Of a stretch of 64,000 bases of DNA, positions 25,591-39,142 are shown one piece after another. Every line of letters begins with the position of its first letter. Positions within the stretch are counted from its first letter, which is position 1. A program made the position numbers and the translations under genes. The notes under the pieces are model-generated. The model worked only from the letters and a program-made list of their open reading frames with translations. It ran no database searches and was not told where the DNA came from. The DNA comes from Felis catus (lineage: Eukaryota): contig NC_058368.1 of NCBI RefSeq assembly GCF_018350175.1, positions 11,284,001 to 11,348,000 of the forward strand. Reading direction: 5' to 3'.

Positions 25591-28500
25591 TTCAAGAATT
25601 TTCAACCACACTTCTCAGGCTGCCTCTTTCGTCCGCTCTCCTCCCTCTAATTTGGCCAACAGACAAGAAACTTGATTTTTCATCGCAGCCCTGTTGCCAG
25701 CCTATGCCTCCAACAAAGCATTTAAATGCGATCCCTCATTGTTGTCTCCTCTATGAAATGTTAACAATCAGGTGCAGTTCTAGCTCTAATGTATATAATA
25801 AATGAAATACAAGCATCAATTATTCACATCTCTGGATGCATTAAGTGAATCCACTCTGGTTTAAGCTTCTGGTACCCTTGCAAGGAGCTACAGGGGAAAC
25901 TAAATTGGATATTGGGCTGGGGGTTTCATCTAGATCTGTGGTCTATCGGCATAAAATGTCAACAAAAAGAACAAGAAACTCTCATTTTCCCAAGACGTAC
26001 TCAGAGAGCAAGTAATTTATTCTCAACTTTGAAACCTGGAAAAGGGAAAAAACACACCTAACTTTCATCCTGTCCTCCAGCAGAGCCTGGGGCTGAGCAA
26101 GAGGGCAGTGCTCGCCTTCCCCCCATGTTCTGATATTTCAAAACATGTTTATGATAAACAGTGATGTGACAATGGGAGGGTTTATTATTGGGATTGCTTG
26201 AGAGCACCTGCTTGCAAAGTCGTTAATGGGCAAGATATAAGCCGGATCTTCCAGACATTATCCTTGAGTTAAGCTTGGAGCACAGGTGTGAGGTGAGAGA
26301 CACTTATTCATGATGATGCTAACTGTGCTGTTCTGGAATGGAGACTTCATAACATTACATGATCTAGCAGGCTTGCTAACATAAAACAAACAAGGCAATT
26401 TCTGTTTTAATGTAAGACCAAAAGTAAACTAAAGGTAGCACAACATATCTTCTTGTTGTGCAAGTCTTTGAAGAATCCAGGATGCCAGGATTGCACCACA
26501 CGTCATGAGTCTGTAATGAAATATGCCTGAAGACCAAGCCTGTGCGAATACCAGTCACGGCCAGCTGGCAGAAAGATGGAAAAGCCAAGCAATTAGTTAA
26601 CGACAGCATTACTGCACGTTGATGTTGTTTTAGGTTCAGGCAGTAACGTCTGTTGACAAACCTTTGTTCCTTGGCCCTGTGTCTCAGGCTTCCAGCTCCT
26701 CCTGAGTGCTGATGTCACAAGGCTGGCATCAAGACAAGTCTCCGGTTAACCCTGAAGTTGAGCGGGACCTTGTCCACTGGTAGCCCGCCAACAACAAACT
26801 ATATGTAATGAGTTGTTCTAGCAGTTTTAGTGAATTCAGTTGTGGCTCTAAGTAAGCAAGGCCTTTGGCAAGTGAAATACACATTCACCCTAGTCTCCTC
26901 TTTTGATTTTAGACCAGATACAATGAGCTAACAGACCCAGGTTAGGATATAGTCTATTTGTGGTTATAAAAGACCTTTTTTTTTCACCTCTGACACGTAC
27001 AGGGACTGAATTCAGCCATGGTCCTGTGTTTTGCCACTTTAGATACCTGAGTTATCATCAGACTTCTCGGTATCAGAAAATATCAGATCTTTTAATCAGC
27101 AACCTTTTTAATATTTAAGAAATTTGTGAATTAGGAAATGCTGCTATACTGATGGAAGGTTAGAATGACTGCCTCTAATTCAGTATGTATCTTTATGTGG
27201 TAGATCATCATGAAACCTATTATAATTAGTTATGTTTATAGCCTGATAGCTATTCACTAACCTTAACCGTGTGATATTTCATAATGATACTTCATCAAGC
27301 CGGTGATTTTTCGGCACTGTCTTCTATGCCTATCTTCCTATCCTAACCAAATATCTGTTGACTAAGGGTGTGTAAATAGCAGAATGCCAGCTTAATGCCT
27401 CTCTGCACTGTGGATGCCAGTCTGCTTCCCAGAAGGACAACCAGCTAGTGTTTTTAGCCAAGCTCCTCTTTAAATAGAGGCCTCTCTTGCTTCAACAAAT
27501 CTAATACGGGAAATATAAAGAGAATAAAAATAATTTCTAGATATAGTTCCCTATCGAGTAGAGTGATAGAATCAAATTAACGTTGTCCTGAAAGGAGACC
27601 AAGAAACCACTACTTGACAAAATACTGACTCATTTTCCAAATTATAAATAAATAACTTTAAAAATAGCTATTTCTTAGCAAATCACCTCAGCCTGGTACC
27701 CCTTCCTTAATATATCAAGGCATTCACCAGAAATCTGGAAAATCACCCTAACCAGAAACAAAATAGTATTGTAGTTAAAGCTAGAGATAATTGTTGAAAG
27801 GTTTCATTTAGCTGCTGAATGAAGTGATCTTTCAGATGAGCTCACAAACTCATTTTTTTTTGTATGCTGTTCAACTTAAAGTTTGTTTTCCTTGTTATGA
27901 ATATTCTCAGAATCATATAGACAAAGAGCATTTCTTTTGTGGTTGTTAAGCTGGACGCTTAGCAGTGAAATGAAATTTAATGCACCATGATAGTAAAAGT
28001 TCACTTGAACCTTAGAGCAAATAAACCATATGCAAAGGATAATGAAGTAATAATAATAATAAAAAAGGTTTTTTAGTTGAACTTCATAGTATCCAATTCT
28101 GTTCATCCATTCATAAGGCCATAATTTTTATATCCGGTGACTTTTTGAGAAGTTTATTAAAATTTCTTCTTGAGACCAGAAAACCAGGGGAAGGTTGTTC
28201 CTCAAGTTATTTTCGGTCTAGTTTTTTTTTGTTTGTTTTTTGGATTATATGCTTCTTTTGCTATTTATAGAGACTTCATTTTAATGCAAAAGATTATTTG
28301 AAAATATCCCATCATATTTTAAAGTGCCAATAATAATAAATTCAATAATATGACATAGTAATAAACATTGAAGGCCCATTTGTACATTCACTGTGATCTA
28401 TTTCTGTGTTTCCGTTTAGCATTTTGACATTCCTGAAACTGATTAGCACAAGTGTAGGCAGCAGCAGTCTTTATTGTAGCATTATAGTAATTTTAATCAG

Positions 28501-28916
28501 CCTATGTCTTGATTTCCACAGGTCATGCTGAGGTCATTTTATGAGGTATCTTTGATCGTCACTCTTTATATCTAGTACTCTTCAGCTTGAATGATTTCGT
28601 AGAATACAGTATTCTATTTAATGGTGTTCCATGATGCCTTTGAGGATTTCTACTCAATTCGTAAATTGTAATCACATAAGTGGGGGGGAGGGAAGTGGGG
28701 CTGGAATGTTCTAGTAGGTTTTTCCAAGATGATTCAACAGCCATGCCCAAGAATCAAAGACAACAAAAAGTCAGATTTTGATTGATCTAAAATGTATGTA
28801 TTGCTTTTGATTGAGATATATTCACAAACCATAAAATTCGCTTTTTCAAAGAGGGCAGTTCAGTGAGTATTCACAAGTTGTACAGCCTTCAAACTGTCTA
28901 GTTCCAGAATATTGTA

Positions 28917-29118
28917 TTTTTTTTTTGAATGTTTATTGTTTGAGAGACAGAGCATGAGCAGGGGAGGGGCAGAGAGTGAGGGAGACACAGAATCCGAAGC
29001 AGGCTCCAGGCTCTGAGCTGTCAGACAGAGCCCGACATGGGACTCAAACTCACAAACCGTGAGATCATGACCTGAGCCGAAGTCGGACGCTTAACCGACT
29101 GAGCCATCCAGGCACCCC
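28917..29118 (-). mobile_element. CAN-SINE, antisense, inserted in a short L1 3' fragment (about 28800-28915)
   Basis: TSD agaa(t/c)attgt. Confidence 0.95.
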
Positions 29119-30029
29119 TAGAACATTGTCTTTTAATAGCACTGTAAAAGATAGAGTAGGTAAGTAAGATTGGGATTTACTTATTTGTGTACTCTTCACC
29201 CCCTGGGTTTGTCTTTCATTGTACCAGAAAACCAAACCTTTTTTTTTTTTTCCTTAGCTAAAGTAATTGGATCATTTAAGTTCTGACTAAGAAGCTTTAT
29301 TTGGTTGTACGAAATGGGGTATGTTATGGATTTTACATAACCATAAACACGAAGAAGATGCTGCCGATGAAATTGCCTCTTTTAGCTTGTGTAGAAAACA
29401 AAAATTCAAGATACTTATACACTGCAGAACTTCAACAGAAATGAAAATGTTTCTCTCCTTGTGGCAAATTCTGGTTCTGAAATGACAGCATCCCTCTTCG
29501 CTCAGGGTTCGCTCTAGCTGCTGGTTCAGATGATGGCACTGGGTGACCAAGTTCCACCCGAGAGGAGACTTGTCTGCGGCGCTGAGTGAATGGGTCTCTA
29601 CTCAGCACTGTTAGCTTCTGACCTGTTGGTAACACCATGAGAAAGTGTGTGGCACTCATTCCTTCCCGTTGAAACAGTGCTGCACACATACCAGACTGGT
29701 CAGTCAAGGTGTCCTAAACCCACATTCCCCCAGTGACACTGGGATCGATGTCTCACCTCATGAATATCAGCCCTGTGGCTTGATCCATACCTACTTGCCC
29801 AAGGTTTCCTGGGATTCCCAGCCAACAGAATAACATTATGAGCTTGTCCAAGGCAAACAGTGCCATGTTCATGTTCAGGATAGACTTGCTATGGCAATAG
29901 AGAATGGGAACTAGGCAGTGGCTCCCATTCCTAAAGCTAAGTCTAACTGTCAGAGTTGCTTTGGTCTCCTGAAAATACAGTGCCATTCAGACAGTTCGGG
30001 GATGCTTCTCATTCGTTCAGTAAGAGTTT

Positions 30030-30480
30030 TATTTTACATCAGCGTTGTAGTACAGTTTGCATACAATAAACCGCAGGGATTTTAAGCTTACAGTCTGATG
30101 AATCTGGCAAACTTATACACGTGTCCGCAGCACACAACCCAGCTGCATCCCGGTGCAGTTCCCGATGAGTTCCCTTGTGTCCTTTTTGTCATCCCGATGA
30201 GTTCCCTTGTGCCTTGCGCAGATGGACTGTAACGCCGCCCCTTGCCTCAGCAACTACTGATCTGTGTGTAGATTCCCATTTTCTGGAATTTCATATAAAT
30301 GGAAGCCAAACAGTATGTACTCTTTTGGGTCTAGTTTGCTTCACTCAGCATAATGTATTTGAGACACATCCATCTTTTATTTTGTATCAGTAAGTCATTC
30401 ATCTTTATTAGTGAGTAGAATTCTATTCAACGTATAGACCACAGTGTGTTTAGTCACCGTTTGATGGGCACTTGGATCAA
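30030..30480 (-). mobile_element. Old L1 3' fragment
   Basis: gcaactactgatctg...ggaatttcatataaatggaa...ttcactcagcataatgt...gatgggcacttgg. Confidence 0.75.
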
Positions 30481-30954
30481 CAAATAGTTTCTGAGTACCA
30501 TTTTAACCAGCACAAGTCTTGATCTCCACAGATCACGCTAACAAGGTATACACATACATTGTTTGCCAAAATTTGCAAATTTCAGTGAAGCCTATTTCTT
30601 TGCCAAGTCCAATAGTCCCAAGTACAAATCCATTATTTGAACAGTGGAGAGGAAACTTGTATATATATACTTTATACAAAGTATATTATTTATCCTTTAT
30701 ATATACTTCTATAATATAAAGTATTTATGTAAAGTATATATATGCTTTATAACGATGTATAAAACATGTATGTTTTATAAGGCATTTTTGATAATAGCTT
30801 ACAGATAGATACATAGATAGTATTTTCCAACTTCCAAGAACAAATGATTGATGCTATGTATTGTACAAAGAGAAATAAGACAGACCATCATTTTTTGCTT
30901 ATCATGTTTCAGGCATATACTAATCTTCACATTAACCCTAGAAGGTGAGTAAAA

Positions 30955-31190
30955 AAATAATAAGTTTGTGTTTACATAGAGTCTATGTAAACAGTGCCAG
31001 ACACTGCTCTTAATACTTGAATAATATTAACCTTCATGTCAACATCAGGAGGTAGTTACCATTACTACCCTACTTCACATAGATACAGAGGTTAAACAAC
31101 TTGTCCAAAGTCAAACAGTTAGCAAGTGGTGGAACTGACATTCAACACAGACTGTCTATCCCTGGGATTCGTGTTCTTAACACCACACTC
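30955..31190 (-). mobile_element. MIR
   Basis: gtgccagacactg...cagaggttaaacaacttgtccaaagtca...tcttaaccac. Confidence 0.75.
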
Positions 31191-31499
31191 ATGGTCTCCT
31201 TCATTGTTCTTCAGCGAAGCTGAAACTCAAAGATTTAATAAAACTTACCAAAGGTGGTGTAGTCAGGGCTGATGCTCTGGTTCATATCCTGGTTTGATTG
31301 ACTCTAAAGTCCAAGGTCTGATCTACTTAGGAAATGATATACACTTATCCATGTACATTGGTTGCAAGGAAAGAACTAGAGAATGCCAGCAGAACTATTA
31401 AAGAGTGAAACTGTGCTGTCCCTTCTTATAGGAGTGAACAGGGAAAGAGTAGTGGGACAAATAAACTTTTGAAGGACAAACGGAATTTTTTGATGCGAG

Positions 31500-31920
31500 G
31501 TGATCTGATTGGGTCTGAGAAGGGTCTGAGATGTGAGTTTTATGTTAGTGGTGACAGAAGAAAATCAGAACGTGACTGATTTTAAGTCTCCAAGGACAGC
31601 CCTGGGGAATAGAAACATTTTAGGAGAAAGACTAGCCTATGAAGGACACACAGAAGGGGTGCCTAAAGAGTTGGGAGGAGAAAAGGCTGAAGAATGGGGT
31701 GGTTCAAGTGGAAAAAAGAGAAGCTCACTGCAGCTGAAAGATCTGAAAAGCACTGAAAACTGGTCACCAGGTTTGTCATTTGGAAAGTCACTGGGACCGC
31801 TAGAGAGAGTATTTTTAGTGTGACAGAAAAGTTAGATTGCAGGTGGTTGAAGAAAAAGAAGAGAGGCAGAAGGGAATACAGGATGTATAGACCACTCCTT
31901 AAAGAGCTAAAGATGAGAAG
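31500..31920 (-). mobile_element. L2 internal remnant
   Basis: Purine-rich; actgaaaactggtcacc...tggaaagtcactgg...agttagattgcag. Confidence 0.5.
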
Positions 31921-32458
31921 GGCATAGAAAGTAGACAGTGGATATGTGGTCAAGGCAGGCACTACCATGAAAAGATCTAAGCATGTTGATAACTGAGAGA
32001 GCCCACAGAGAGGGGGAGGGTGACGTTGGGGGATGGGGAGCTGTGTGATAGAGCAAGGTCCCAGAGGAGGTTAGGAAAGATCCATCCACATACACTGAAT
32101 GTCCACTTAATGGATGTAGCATGCACCATTAGTGAGTGTACTGGGACAAAAAAAGTCAAAAAGAGCAACAAAATAGAATGTAACCCAGAAACAGATGACA
32201 GAAGGTGGTATCTTATATTTCTTGCTCTCTGCCATAGTTTCACAAAGAAAAAAAATGCCTGTGGGAACTGCTCTTTTGTTCAATTAAAATGAAAATTAAC
32301 TCTGTAGCTAAGTTTAATTGAAGTTTCCTCTCTACTGTTCAAATAATGGATTTGTACTTGGGACTATTGGACTTGGCAAAGAAGTAGGCTTCACTGAAAT
32401 TTGCAAAGCCAGCTGCAAATAGGACAGATTCTCTTGAGAGTTTTTAGAGATTTAGGGG

Positions 32459-32556
32459 TTTTTTTTGGTTTTGGTTTTTTGTGGTTTTAATTTTTTTTAT
32501 TTTAGAGAGAGCATGCATGCACGTGAGTTGGTAAGAGGGGCATAGACAGAGAGAGA

Positions 32557-32588
<32 letters not shown>

Positions 32589-32701
32589 ATCCCAAGTAGA
32601 CTCCACACTTAGCACAGGGCTCAGTCCCACAACACTGGGATCATGACCTGAACCAAAATCAAGAGTCAGAAGCCCAACTGACTGAGCTACCCAGCTAACC
32701 C
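32459..32701 (-). mobile_element. CAN-SINE, antisense (older)
   Basis: poly-T, (GA)n, atcatgacctgaaccaaaatcaagagtc. Confidence 0.92.
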
Positions 32702-34435
32702 ACTTTTTTTTGAGTACTGAAATAGTCTTCCAGATTTGAATCTGTCTCCATATTTCATATTATGGGGTACTACACATCACATTACTCGCTAGTACCTTCA
32801 ACTGATTTGAGATACTCCCTATATCATTCACTTGATCTGGGAATTTTTCCCCATTATTTTGGGTGAACATCAGCATATATTGTTTCATTTAAGGAGATTT
32901 ATTTTAATAACTGAATAGAATAAAGGGAAACACAGTTGTGTCCGTTTCTATGAGCACCCTCCTTCTACAAATCTCCGATTGTCCCAAGTCCTGCTCGTCA
33001 GTCTTATCGGAATGTCATGCGGTGATGTCCCTTTTTACCTGTGGACAAACCGAGGCAGATCTCAAGAGGGCTCGGTTCAACGATCCCCACAGGAAGCCAA
33101 AATGACCAGCCAATATCTTCAGGGTGATTCAGACCCTGGGTCCCTGATTGCCCCTCGTGTAAGGGAGAGTCTTTTGAGGACAAACGGTCAGTACTCAGAA
33201 CTGTGAGTTCTCTGCCTCACCCCTTAGATCTGTTTCCAAAGTTGACTCAAACCTGGAACGAATAATATCTGAAGAGAAAAATGTGTGTCAAACATAAAGA
33301 TATTTTGGACCTCATTTTTCTGTAGTTCAGACTGCCTGTCGCTGTGAGCTGGAAGTTCTGGATGAAATGCTGTGGGTGGCATTTCACCAATGGAGCCCAG
33401 AGCTCCCTGCTCTGAGGGCCCGTCACCGCGTGATGGGGCAGCTCACTGCTCACCCTCCTTGTGTTCTGAAGACAGATCCAAAGTGCAGTGATTCAGTTCT
33501 GAAAATTTTTGACGACTCAGACCAGATGCGTGAATTGTAAAATTTCACTGCCGAGAGCCATCAAAACCCTGAGTCAATGATGCCAAAACACGTTCTTATA
33601 ATCAAAAACACTGTAGCATCAAGACTTGAGAAGTTTGGTAGTTGTTTTGTTTTGTTTTGTCTTTTTAAACATCTCACCATTAAATGGTTTCCTCTAAATT
33701 ATATATTAAGAATTTAAATCCCTGTAATAATGTTAGACTTTTATTTTTTAAGAGAGAAGAGCAATTACTCCTTATAATGTTTTTTTTTCCTACTTTCTGT
33801 AACACAGCTTTCTAGTTACACTTGGAAACTTCCAGGAAGCTAAAATTAAAGCTTAAATTGTGTTAGTGGGAGTGCCCAATGCCCTGGGAAAATGGGTGGA
33901 ACTTAGTTTCAGCTCCTAAACTTTATGCAAGGGGTTATGTATTTTAATCTTCTCTAATTTCAATAATAATGGTGTTAAAGGAATTTTAATACAGTAATGA
34001 TTATCAGTTCTCCAGTACTCTCTGCCATTCATCTTTCAGTTCTGTGTGGTTAGGTTGGTATAATTTATCTTTATTTTACCTAAAAGTTAACTGAAGTTTA
34101 CAGAGGTTAAGTAAAATTTGTATGTTTGTAAATAAAGGAGACCTAGGGTTCAAATTCGAGTCTCTGACTCCAAAGCCCATGCTCTGAACTATTACATCAA
34201 ACTACTATAATCACTAAAAGAGATTAAAAGAGCATCTTAAGCAAAGTTGGTGACGTATTTAACAAATTGAATAATCTCGTATTAACTCTGGAAACATTGC
34301 TGGTTTACACAGTTATCGAAATATCTCTGAGGGCAATAGTTTGTATCATTTTAGGTTAGTGAAATGCTACTGTATGGGACACATTTGGGACTTTTTTTAG
34401 GCCAGTAAACATTCAGATGTAGAAAATGATTTATT

Positions 34436-34669
34436 TTTTTTTTAAGTTTTTTTTTCAACTTTTTTTTTTTTTTAATTTATTTTTGGGACAGAGAGAGACA
34501 GAGCATGAACGGGGGAGGGGCAGAGAGAGAGGGAGACACAGAATCGGAAACAGGCTCCAGGCTCAGAGCCATCAGCCCAGAGCCTGATGCGGGGCTCGAA
34601 CTCACGGACCGCGAGATTGTGACCTGGCTGAAGTCGGACGCTTAACCGACTGCGCCACCCAGGCGCCCC
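34436..34669 (-). mobile_element. Young CAN-SINE (SINEC_Fc-type), antisense
   Basis: Perfect 16-bp TSD tagaaaatgatttatt (34420-34435, 34670-34685); CpGs intact. Confidence 0.97.
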
Positions 34670-35339
34670 TAGAAAATGATTTATTAAATAAGCCCCTTGT
34701 ATTCCACAAATAGATAACCTTTTGATACATGAGACTTTCCTAGACTTGCCCGTGTCCTGTCATGTATGGACCGTCTTTTCTCTTAGAGCGTGGCCTAGTG
34801 AGAAAAGACTAGAAAGTAAAAATGTAGCTAGCATACGCTGAAATTGTTTGGAAATTGAGGGAGAAGTCAATAGCCTTTCTCTGCCCTTTGCAGGTAGATA
34901 CACACACAAAGAGCTTTCAGAGTTTATATTTTCTTAAGGGAGGGGAGGTTGGAACTTCTCAAGATGTGAGAAACAAACAGGGACCTGTCTTTTTTTATAG
35001 AAATACTTAAAACTCTTACAGGATTCTTCATGACAGGAGAAACATCCCTCTGGGATGGGGCAGGACAGCAGTGTTCTTTGATTTCTGGGGGAGCACATTC
35101 AAAGAAAAGCCCACGGTGCAGACAGACCTGTGTCTGGCTTCTCACACGGTAGGCAAGACTATCTGTGAATGGAAAGAAATGGGGAGAGGGTCCCTTCTGC
35201 AACTCTGTCAGGAAAAGATAAAATGTTGGGTAAGTGCTACTAAAGTAAGTTTTAAGAAGTAGCTTATACTATCTTGAAAAAGTGAGATATTGTTAAAAAA
35301 ATTTTAAGCGATGACAGAAGTGATGCCTCAAGTTTCTCC

Positions 35340-36240
35340 TGGGTTTCTTTTCTTACGGAGAATTTCAACATCACTAAAGTAGAAAGACAGTAAAAGAAAC
35401 CAACTTCAATTATCAACTCGTAGCCAGTTTATTACACACTCCTTGCATCTCCCCCGAATAATATTTGAAGCAAATACCAGAAACCGTATTATATCATCTC
35501 TGAACATTTCAGCATGTACCTTTGAAAGACACTCTTTTAAACAAAACCGCAATATCATTACCACACCTAAAAACAGTAATCCCTTAACATCTTCAAAGAG
35601 CCAAAAAGTGTTAAAGTTGCCAATGGCCTCATGAATGTCATATTTTTTTAACGATTTTTTAAATCGGGATCCAGATAAGATCCACATATTGCAATCGTCT
35701 TGTTAAAAAATCAGTAGGAGGGGCGCCTGGGTGGCGCAGTCGGTTGAGCGTCCGACTTCAGCCAGGTCACGATCTTGCGGTCCGTGAGTTCGAGCCCCGC
35801 GTCAGGCTCTGGGCTGATGGCTCGGAGCCTGGAGCCTGTTTCCGATTCTGTGTCTCCCTCTCTCTCTGCCCCTCCCCCGTTCATGCTCTGTCTCTCTGTC
35901 CCAAAAAAAATAAAATAAAACGTTGAAAAAAAAAATTAAAAAAAAAAATCAGTAGGAACCTCCGCTCCCCCCACCTGGCACCCTTTCACTCCCCCCCCCC
36001 CTTGCAACTTATTTCCTGAAAAAACACTTTTCTCTCCTTCAGTCTGGATTCTGCTGCTTGTGTCCCTTTGGCATAGTGTAGCATATTCCTCTAACTGCTG
36101 TATTTCCTAAAACCTGGACATTGCCTCTGACTTGGTCAGACTCAGGTTTGGTGGGGTGGGGGTGGGGTTGTTTGTTTGTTTTGGTTAAGACTATTTCATA
36201 GTGTTTGCTCTCATCAGAAGAGACTTAATGTCTAGTTTGC
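35340..36240 (-). mobile_element. Old L1MC-like 3' fragment interrupted by a young SINE
   Basis: ggagaatttcaac...aaataccagaaaccgtatt...ggatccagataagatccacatattgca...agactcaggtttg. Confidence 0.6.
35720..35942 (+). mobile_element. Young CAN-SINE (SINEC_Fc-type)
   Basis: Perfect TSD aaaaaatcagtagga; CpG-rich. Confidence 0.97.
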
Positions 36241-37549
36241 TCTGTCCTGTGCTGCTCACAGGCCAAGGACTCCCAGCTTTGGACCACTAAGAATTTTCAG
36301 GGACCCATCACCCCAAAGTCAAGTTTTTTCACAATGATTTATTTTCAAAACAAATATACCATTCAATTCGACTAATGAGTTTTCAGTAAATAAGTAAAAT
36401 TGTTATTAAAATACAGAATGAAGATAAGTTTTTTAAAAATGTAAAAGCATACTGTTCTTCCTGGGTGAAGGAGACCATCGTTTTGAGACTCCTCTGTCAT
36501 AGCTGATTTCCGCTTGCTCTTTACCCATTGTTCATTCTGTGTTAATTTCACTTCACTGCTTATTTAATGCTCTTTGAGAACCAAGATGTCTTGGATATAC
36601 AAACCTTGGATTCTTAGACTTGGGATTCCATGCCGCTGGTTGGGATTTCATGCCGCCGGTCTCCTCCTGCAGGAGAACCTTAAACAGAAGTGTGCCTCTG
36701 CAGTTTTTCTTATGCACAAGAGCCTTCCTGGTGTTCGCTCTGTATTCCGATGACTCTCTTCTGAGCAAGTCTCCTCTCTTCTCTCCTCCCTCCCTCCCTT
36801 CTTTCCTAACTTTCTTTGCTCTTTTTCTCTCCACTTTTTATTTAGCCTGCATGATACTGTCTTCCCCAGGTCTACTTTTAAGCCTCCTGGCACTGATAAA
36901 ATCTATGTTGATGAAAAGAAATTCCTTGGGATTGGTGAAACGTGAACTTGATTTTCTGTGCCCAAAGCTGTCTTTCCAAGTGCCTAGACGTATCGTCAGA
37001 CATTGAACAAACCCTGTCAGTGCTTCCCAACTATGTCCTGGGTATGAAGGGAGAGGGGGAAATTGCAACAAGGTGGAACTGCTTACAAGAATAGATGCAA
37101 ACAAAGTCTCCTGTGACAACTAACAGGTGGCTCCGCGAAGGAGAACTGAGACCGGGCTTAATCTTGGAAGGAACATTTAAACTTAGTCTTCAAAGAATAT
37201 GACTTCCCCCACTGCAGCAGGATGCTGTCTTTCAGAGAAGGTTCCAAGATAGGGGCTCCTGAGTTATTGCAAAAGTCTACAGATCCACATGTATGCTAAG
37301 CATTATCTTTTAGTCTCCCGTATAGATGTATTCCTTTTTCTCTAATGTATGTAAAATAAATACTGTTGCTATTACAGTACAGAGCCATCTAAAAGTATCA
37401 TTGAAGTCACAGTATTAGAACTCTATCGTTATGTATTTAAACAGATACTAAAATAGAAGGACTATCTGGTGTGTTTGGAGGTGTGAGTGTGTGTTTTGCA
37501 GTTGGGAGTTCCTTGAAAAATTTTGACTTTAAAATAGGTCTTATAAAAT

Positions 37550-37670
37550 ACATAGTGGTAATGATTGAGCAACATTGTGAATGTGTTAATTAGCACTGAA
37601 TTGTACACTTTAAAAATAGTTACAGTGGCATAATTCATATCATGGATATTTTGCCACAATAAAAAAGTAT
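37550..37670 (+). mobile_element. L1 (L1MB-like) extreme 3' end
   Basis: caacattgtgaatgtgttaat...cactgaattgtacactttaaaa...ccacaataaaaaa. Confidence 0.8.
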
Positions 37671-37681
37671 ATTAAAAATTT

Positions 37682-37892
37682 GGGGGGGCCTGGGTGGTTC
37701 AGTTGGTTAAGTGACCAACTCTGATTTTTGATCAGGTTGTGATCTCAAGGTTCATGAGTTCAAGCCCCGTGTTGGGCTCTGTGCTGGGCGTGGGGTGGGG
37801 ATTTTCTCTCTCCTTCTCTCTCTGCTCCACCCCCACCCCTCTCTCTCTTTCTCTCTCAGAATAAATAAATGTAAAAAAAAAATTTTTTTTAA
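37682..37892 (+). mobile_element. CAN-SINE
   Basis: Head, body and A-rich tail present. Confidence 0.92.
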
Positions 37893-39142
37893 CTTACAAC
37901 AAAACACACATGCACATGCAAGTAAGGGGAATCTCATAGTTGTAGAAGCTGGACGTCATCGGCTTAGAGTCTTTATTTATTTGGCAGATGTTTAGCCATT
38001 ACCAAGGAAGGCTCTGCTCTGTAACTTGAAGTGCAGAGTGTCCTGCACTTCTGGAGCTTGTGGTCCAGAGGGGATGGCACTTAGCTCATCCCTCAGGCAC
38101 GTGTCGTTGTATAGCGTGATTCCACACTGTGATGTGACTTTACACTATGGTGAGTGCTATGAAGAAGTGTACAGAGTTCCGCAGGCATGTAAGGTGTGGG
38201 GAGGACAGACCTGGTGTTCAGACTCAGAGAAGACTTCACCATCTAAGTGACAGGTGCGCTGAGACTTGAATAATGGGCGAATATAGACAGCAGTCCTAAG
38301 AGGTCATTGGCTGCTCTCCCATTTCGGTCTTTTCTCCTTAATGGCAGAAACCACGTGTTCTTCCGCATTCCACCCACAAGTAGCATTTGGGACGCCGTGA
38401 GCCCTCGGTTTCTGTTGAGTGGTGAATAAATAAAACACTGACTAGAAATGCTTATCCTGGGTTTGTTCCAAGGGTGTGTGTGGGACCTGGCACCACCAGT
38501 TTCCATTTCTTGAATTTTCATAGTTTTAATTTAATTGGTTTTACAGAGAACTTCAGATGACGTTATCACCTTCACGTGTACAGGAAATGTCTCACGATTT
38601 TGTTGCGAGATTTGTCTTTTTGTACCATCAGCTGCATCTGTTGCTTCTCTCATGGTTCTTCTGTGTTCTCACCTACATTTTTGTATCCACTCTCCCACCA
38701 GTGTGTTCTAGATAGCATACTTTGAAGAGGAAAGGTCTGTTAGCCCGTAAGAACACAGTTTTCTCTTTACTTGAGATAAATACATATTTTGAAGCTGTGT
38801 ATTTTGCAAATGAGAACAATTGATTCATATGGCTCATGGTAAAGCATCAGATCTCCAGGCTGAGCCCATCACGTGCGTGCATTTCTTCAAGAACAAAGAT
38901 TCTGTGGTGTAGGGGTGCGGTTTGCCATCTGCCTTAGGTGCATATTATCTTTTCAGGTAGAGGAGAAGATTAGAGAAGTGAGGCAGGGAGATTATATAGA
39001 TGTGGTTGACAACATGTAAATTGAGTCTTTCTAGGACATCAACATTGGCTAAAGTGAAACTTACTATTTTTTTCATATATAACTTTTACATGGTTTCTCA
39101 TCCTAAACCAAATTTTGGATCAGTGTTAACTTCCACACCTAA

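Noticed and set aside
30160..30211. Repeat-spacer-repeat pattern resembling CRISPR
   Set aside because: Only two copies, 12-nt spacer, mammalian intron, no cas genes.
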